From the IMG/VR virus record IMGVR_UViG_3300034158_000010, positions 1 through 64,000 of that record: a stretch of 64,000 nucleotides of DNA. The stretch is one strand, 5' to 3'. Made by a program: the position numbers and the translations under genes. Positions 58,581 to 64,000 of this stretch are shown one piece after another. Within the stretch, counting starts at the first letter, position 1. Every line of letters starts with the position of its first letter. The notes under the pieces were generated by a model. The model was not told the DNA's origin, did no database searches, and was given only the letters and a program-made list of their open reading frames with translations. This stretch comes from a virus.

Positions 58581-59396
58581 ATGAGCTGCTGTACTGTCAG
58601 AGAGCGTCCAGATTCGGATATCTCTTTTCAACATCTAGGTTGCCCATGCGATACTTGGGCACACTTAAAAGATATGTTCGTCTATCTTAAAGATGAACGT
58701 GCTGGGGTGATCCCATGTAAACCAGATGAGTTCACTGTGCAGTGGACCCCATTGGATGCGATCACGTATATGTACGCCGTTACCGATAAACTTACCGGTG
58801 AGGTGATTGAATACAGTGTTGTTAAGGACTTCCCTAAAGAATCTCCTGAGCGTGCATTTGAGCGGGATTGGCGTTATCGGGAACTCGTGTATAACCGTGG
58901 TGTCATTCGTGCCGTAGAGGACCTTCTAGAAGCCATGGAAGAGACTGTACCACACGAACGGTTCAAGTTAGAACGGGTACCGATGAAGTCGTACGTTATT
59001 CATAAACCTATCCAAGAAGATCTGGGTGTGATCGTATTCAAAATTGAATATGACGTGGAGCGCCGAGACGCCCGTCCATTTGACAAGACTGTATGGAACC
59101 AAGTCTATCAAGACAGCATCATCGACTTACCTAATGTCACTGACAAGGTGGCTTATGGTACTGAAGTACTGATGAAACGTTTCCGTAAGATTGGAGTGCG
59201 GTTCCAAGGGATTGAGTTTGAGCATATCCACGATATGAAACGCTTTACCATCGTCGGGTTGGCTTACCGTGATGAATACACTAACACCGTCATCCGTATT
59301 CGCTATCAAGAGATGGATCTGAATGATCCTACCCTGCGAGTATACCACGAGTACTACACAAAGAAAGGTCCACAGAATGGCTATTACATCTGCTGA
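58581..59396 (+). CDS. Hypothetical protein
   Basis: GAGGT RBS, 271 aa. Confidence 0.8.
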   Translation: MSCCTVRERPDSDISFQHLGCPCDTWAHLKDMFVYLKDERAGVIPCKPDEFTVQWTPLDAITYMYAVTDKLTGEVIEYSVVKDFPKESPERAFERDWRYRELVYNRGVIRAVEDLLEAMEETVPHERFKLERVPMKSYVIHKPIQEDLGVIVFKIEYDVERRDARPFDKTVWNQVYQDSIIDLPNVTDKVAYGTEVLMKRFRKIGVRFQGIEFEHIHDMKRFTIVGLAYRDEYTNTVIRIRYQEMDLNDPTLRVYHEYYTKKGPQNGYYIC

Positions 59397-59730
59397 TTAC
59401 ATCGAGTACGATATCCCTACACAAGCTGAGGCTATGAAAGTACCTCCCGCTGTATTGAAGGTCATCATTCGCAAGACATTTAACATGGCGCCGTTTGGGT
59501 TGATTCCCGATAAGATCAACTTCATTCCCTCGGCTAAGGCTTACCCACCTGTTACCGAGGCTGATGGTACTGTGCTGGCGGTTAACTACCCACAACGCTT
59601 ACTGTTGAATAGCGAGAACTCTTTGGCCATCGGTCTGTATAAAGATGAAGGTACCACGGTTCCTACGATCCAAGCCTTTATCGAGAAAGTAGCTCCATCG
59701 GTGTTTGATCTGAGTCCTTGGAAGGCATAA
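59377..59730 (+). CDS. Hypothetical protein
   Basis: AAGGT RBS; UUCG terminator at 59736-59760. Confidence 0.7.
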   Translation: MAITSADYIEYDIPTQAEAMKVPPAVLKVIIRKTFNMAPFGLIPDKINFIPSAKAYPPVTEADGTVLAVNYPQRLLLNSENSLAIGLYKDEGTTVPTIQAFIEKVAPSVFDLSPWKA

Positions 59731-59878
59731 CTTACGGCTAGCCTTCGGGCTAGCTTTATGTCGGTAACAGATTTTATTTCAAGTTTATATCATGTCTGTG
59801 TATTCTAAACTAAATGGTGATGCCGTGAAAGCTGGTTCGTGTGAGAAAAATCAGACATACGCGGGGTATCGAGGTGGT

Positions 59879-62342
59879 ATGGTTCTGAGGTATCCGATGT
59901 GTGTAACACTTAGTAACCGCAGTGAGCAAATAACCCACATGCGTGATAACCGGGATGAGGCAAATACCGACTGGCACTGGATTAAGGATGTTCGTGACGG
60001 GCCGGGCATTAGAGAAATTAATGATGGTTGGGACCGTGACAACTTTCGCTTGGCGCACACCACCCATTACAATAGACCAAATCAATGTGTTCGTGACCGA
60101 CACGATCATACCGCGTTAGGGGCAAACTGATGGCAAAGATTTCTAAAGGTAAGTTTCGCTGGTTGCGTGCTTACTACTCGACCTTCGTCTTACCGGTGTT
60201 CTATATCGATCGACAGGGGCGACCATGTATTGTTAGTCGTGGTAAGGCAATGGTAAACGTTAAGCTGGTTGGACCACAGGGTGAGAAAGCTCCTCCACCG
60301 GTTGAACCTCAAACTTTCACTATTGACTTCACGGGGTTCTGATTATGCTCTCTAAGAACATTGAACGCAAGCAACGTGTTACCAAGCATAACGACCACTA
60401 CCTCGTTACGTGCGGTGGTTTCGATATGTCTAAGTACAAGCTAACCGGCATGCATGGTGATGGTGGAACGTACACCCAAGTAGTGGAACATCCAAAACCA
60501 GTACGGGCGTTGTCACTGAACGAACTGTTCTTTTACAACGATGTTCGTCGGGTAGTCGAGAAGATTAAGAAAGAGGATAACTAATCATGTTTTGGTTCTG
60601 GCTGGGGATTGTACTGATTGCTCTAGGCGCCGGTGTACAGACTATGACGTTCTGTATCTGTTACATAGGTAGCTATCGACCTGCACGTGAAGTGACGATC
60701 ACTGGATACTTCGTAGGGGGTATATTACTAGCGTGTGGCATCTTTGCAGTTTATCCACATGGGTAATCAACTTAAGAAAAACATTTACTACAAAGGGGTT
60801 AGGCCAGCGCTCGGTGTACGTACGCGAGATGATCGAGGCGGTAACAATTTCATCGATCGCACTGGATATCCCGGAAATGGTCAAATGACTATTTTTGCTG
60901 ACTCTCTACGTGAAACTGAAGATAACCTATTTCAAGAGTCGACACTTGCCCGGATACCCTTCGATTACAAATGGTCCCCTAATCAACGTGGTGATTGCGC
61001 TTTTGGTGATCACGACGATGAACGACACGATTGGAGTTAACATGAAATTCTTGGCTATCTGTTTAATCATGATCGGTACTGTTTTGGGTACCCATACGTA
61101 CATGATGGGTGTTGACTATACCAGCTGGACCATGGCGGTCATAAAGGTTGCTGTGGCGGTGGGTATGGTCATAGGTGGGTGGTGGCTACTCTACGATGAT
61201 GAGTATGACGTATCGCCGGTGTATCATTGAGGTTTAAGAACCGCTGTTACGAACAAGTCCGTGTAGCCTACAACGGAATGGGTTGTGAATGGACACATGG
61301 GTTCTTTAGGCCAGACATGATGGCACGAGCGGCCACTGGTTCTGGTGGTAATCGGTTTGACCACGATGACCCTAACCATGATCTCAATCGACGACGTGAC
61401 AGCGATGACAACCCAGACATGTTCTGTCCTAGGCGTGGTGAAGGACGGGAGTTTGAATACGAGCGGGTGGCACAGCGTACTAATGCTTGGCACCGTAAAC
61501 GATCTGAAGACTGTGTCAACCCACCTGAGGATGACGAGGATTGGATAGATGATTAGTAAAGGTAAACGGCGTAATCTGGTAAGCACTTATGCCTGTCTTG
61601 ATTTCATACGCAAGATAGGTTTACCCAATAAAGGTATTGACGTCTTTGCATTGTGTGCTCGGGGTAGTCGTCTACTCCATGTACGCAAACCTGTTAAACC
61701 GGAACCTTTCGATTACGATAAGTTCTTGGAGACGGCAGTAGGTTCCAGTGAGTCATGGGAAACTGCTGGTAAGATGGCTACCGCGATTTGTGGTGAGGCA
61801 CTACGACATCAAGAACAACAGGTGGTACGTAAGCCTCGGGTGACCGTTGTAAAATGCGTTGACTGGTCTAACACTGATCTACCGTTGGATGTCATGCTAC
61901 CATCATTCGTTGAAAAGGGGCCACTGTAATGGCACGTGCTAGTAAAGGTAAGGTTAAGCATCTGTGGAAGCTGTATGGCGTGTGGCATCTGGTAGCCCTG
62001 CATAATTCCATGATCTGGTTCTTTGAGCCTAGCCCTGAGATGAGGGCTATCTCCGAGGCATGGTTGGTGAAGAACATGCATCCACAACCCTTCGTAAAAG
62101 AAGTGGCAACCAAGGGTTACTACGATGGTTGCCGTAAGATCGATTGGGAGGTAGACAACCTCGTACAAGTATCGATGGGTGAAGTAACCGACCATGAGCG
62201 TTATGCTGAAATCAAGAGCGGTCGTCATCGATTCGGTGAACCGACAGTAATGTCATGGGGTAATGGTCTCCTGACTTGTGAAACCACTGCGCCAGATGGA
62301 ACGAAGATTGTGGCAGTAGACTTCGAAGCTAATCTGCTTTAG
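59879..62342 (+). CDS. Run of small ORFs (59879-60130, 60130-60342, 60345-60584, 60587-60766, 60759-61040, 61042-61230, ~61227-61556, 61549-61929, 61929-62342)
   Basis: Coupled starts and stops; variant promoter TATATCAT at 59786. Confidence 0.6.
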
Positions 62343-62543
62343 TCGCGCGCCGCGCAGTAGTATCTCTAGGTAAAAGCATTAATATGATCGAATAGATCTA
62401 AAGAGCCTTTCTTAGTTGTTTTCTTGATTAAGATTTTACATAAATAGTAATATTATGAGGGGGTGGCTTGTGGCCCCCGAATAATATTTCCTTATTCTTA
62501 GTATAGCACTAGCTATACGGTTTTATACCCTCAGGAGCTTAAA

Positions 62544-63551
62544 ATGATCACACTACCTAAGCGTGCTCATCGCCTACTACACTGTGGTGGTGCACGTGAT
62601 GTACTATCCGATCTGTCCTTTGAAGAGATGGGTCAGATCTACGGAGATGAATACCTAGGTGAGGTATCTATTACAACCGGTTTATTAATGACCCCTTATA
62701 TCTCACCACGTGTGAAAGAGTCGATGCAAGAAGCAGCGAGTGAATATGCCTTTATCAACGGGATGGACACTTACGGTGTCTGGGTACAAGCCGGTGGTGT
62801 GGGTACACGTGCAGACTTCATGAGATCCATTGCCCCTCCTAAGGAACCTGCTATGTATGATCCACTGTTCGAAGAAATCTTTGGTATGACCAACGTAGCT
62901 GACTTCGTAGTAGTCAGTCCCGAGCTTAAGAATGCGATAGACAAAATGAACGAACCTGAACCAGTAGGAGTTATCCAAGTGCGTGAACCAACAGCTGAAG
63001 ACTATGCAGCCGCAGCAGCGGGTCTGATACCCTTCCCAAGCCGCCCAACCAAACCACTGATGGAAGTACTCCCTGAACTCAAAGGGGTATTCCTTAAGCA
63101 GTCTAAGATGTCCCCAGAAATGGAAGCCTTGTTTGCCAGTATCATGGGTGCTCACGCTGAGAATTTCGAACAGATCTTTGACCTGGCTAAGGAAGAAGGT
63201 CGCAAAGCGCAACTACGTTGGATGATTACCTATGACCAATTCTTAGTAAACAAAGCCTTGGCAAAGTTCCTACGTCGCTGTGGTAATGCAGCTGAATTAC
63301 TGGCTGAAGAACGTCGTAGTGGTGATAAGCAAATGCGGTTGTTTGCAATCGCTGAGAAAGCGGTCCATGACCAGTTCAATGTTGCAGTGGAAGAACTGTT
63401 TGCCTACACCGATGAACCGTACGAGTACATCATCGACGCGGTTCAGGATAACACCTTCAACTTGGCTATTCGCAATAAGCATGGTGTTATCATTCCAATG
63501 CTCAGCATCAAGTATGCTGCTTACGGCTTTACTTTTACGGCGCATCGATAA
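62544..63551 (+). CDS. Hypothetical protein
   Basis: AGGAG RBS, 335 aa. Confidence 0.85.
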   Translation: MITLPKRAHRLLHCGGARDVLSDLSFEEMGQIYGDEYLGEVSITTGLLMTPYISPRVKESMQEAASEYAFINGMDTYGVWVQAGGVGTRADFMRSIAPPKEPAMYDPLFEEIFGMTNVADFVVVSPELKNAIDKMNEPEPVGVIQVREPTAEDYAAAAAGLIPFPSRPTKPLMEVLPELKGVFLKQSKMSPEMEALFASIMGAHAENFEQIFDLAKEEGRKAQLRWMITYDQFLVNKALAKFLRRCGNAAELLAEERRSGDKQMRLFAIAEKAVHDQFNVAVEELFAYTDEPYEYIIDAVQDNTFNLAIRNKHGVIIPMLSIKYAAYGFTFTAHR

Positions 63552-63817
63552 TGGGTATACTAACTATTGATGATTGGGAACGTCATTACCCACCGACGGT
63601 GGTGAGTGATTATGAGCGGGCCTTAAAGGTTATGACTAACGTTGATTTCGATGAGCTAAAGCGTTGTGTAGATGCTGAACACGCTCGTCGTTATCAATCC
63701 ACTCACACTACCAACAACACTCGTTCAGCGATACCCGCTCTGCTCCGGTCTGGTACCACTATCCTCTTGAACCCTAACTCCCCTTTTAATACCGAGGTTA
63801 AAAATGCACAAGGTTGA
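63551..63817 (+). CDS. Hypothetical protein
   Basis: TAATG coupling. Confidence 0.65.
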   Translation: MGILTIDDWERHYPPTVVSDYERALKVMTNVDFDELKRCVDAEHARRYQSTHTTNNTRSAIPALLRSGTTILLNPNSPFNTEVKNAQG

Positions 63818-64000
63818 TTTCACTGATAATGTCACTAACTACAACGCAATCTTCCAACACGTGATCGTGAATGGTGGGGCGCTGGAACTGGTTGTTGGTT
63901 CGACTGGTCAGCACCTGAATGTAATCGTGCCAAAGGAGGCTATTGAGAATGCTTGATTCCAAAGCAGTGGTAAAAGAAGCGCTTGAACACATGCGTACCC

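Noticed and set aside
60721-60728. Perfect TATATTAC
   Set aside because: Inside a membrane protein ORF and lacks the upstream AGAA/TTTAAAGCC context
1-64000. Stop-codon reassignment
   Set aside because: Core genes are full length in the standard code, all three stops are used, and no suppressor tRNA is present

Overview
This 64 kb window comes from a phiKZ-related jumbo phage (Chimalliviridae-like; roughly 48% GC by eye, standard genetic code). Core genes are the terminase large subunit, the phiKZ gp26-gp32-like block with tail sheath and tail tube, class Ia ribonucleotide reductase alpha and beta, DHFR and several virion proteins. Plus-strand islands of small hypothetical genes interrupt the core; they start at TATATTAC early promoters and end at a family of sequence-conserved hairpin terminators. 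Three canonical tRNAs (Trp, Asn, Tyr) are present. The most unusual signals concern RNA: (i) a ~460 nt heavily base-paired non-coding unit with its own terminator (12.6-13.07 kb); (ii) two non-canonical tRNA-like elements in the tRNA cluster; (iii) a duplicated constant-variable-constant small element and two more candidate sRNAs; (iv) an RlmN/Cfr-like radical SAM enzyme lacking the resolving cysteine, plus Tyw3-like, nucleotidyltransferase, methyltransferase and GNAT genes. Several tandem paralog families and two degenerate P-loop proteins also occur. No CRISPR array, reverse transcriptase, integrase, intein or intron was recognised. All family assignments are by eye from motifs and synteny, without database searches.
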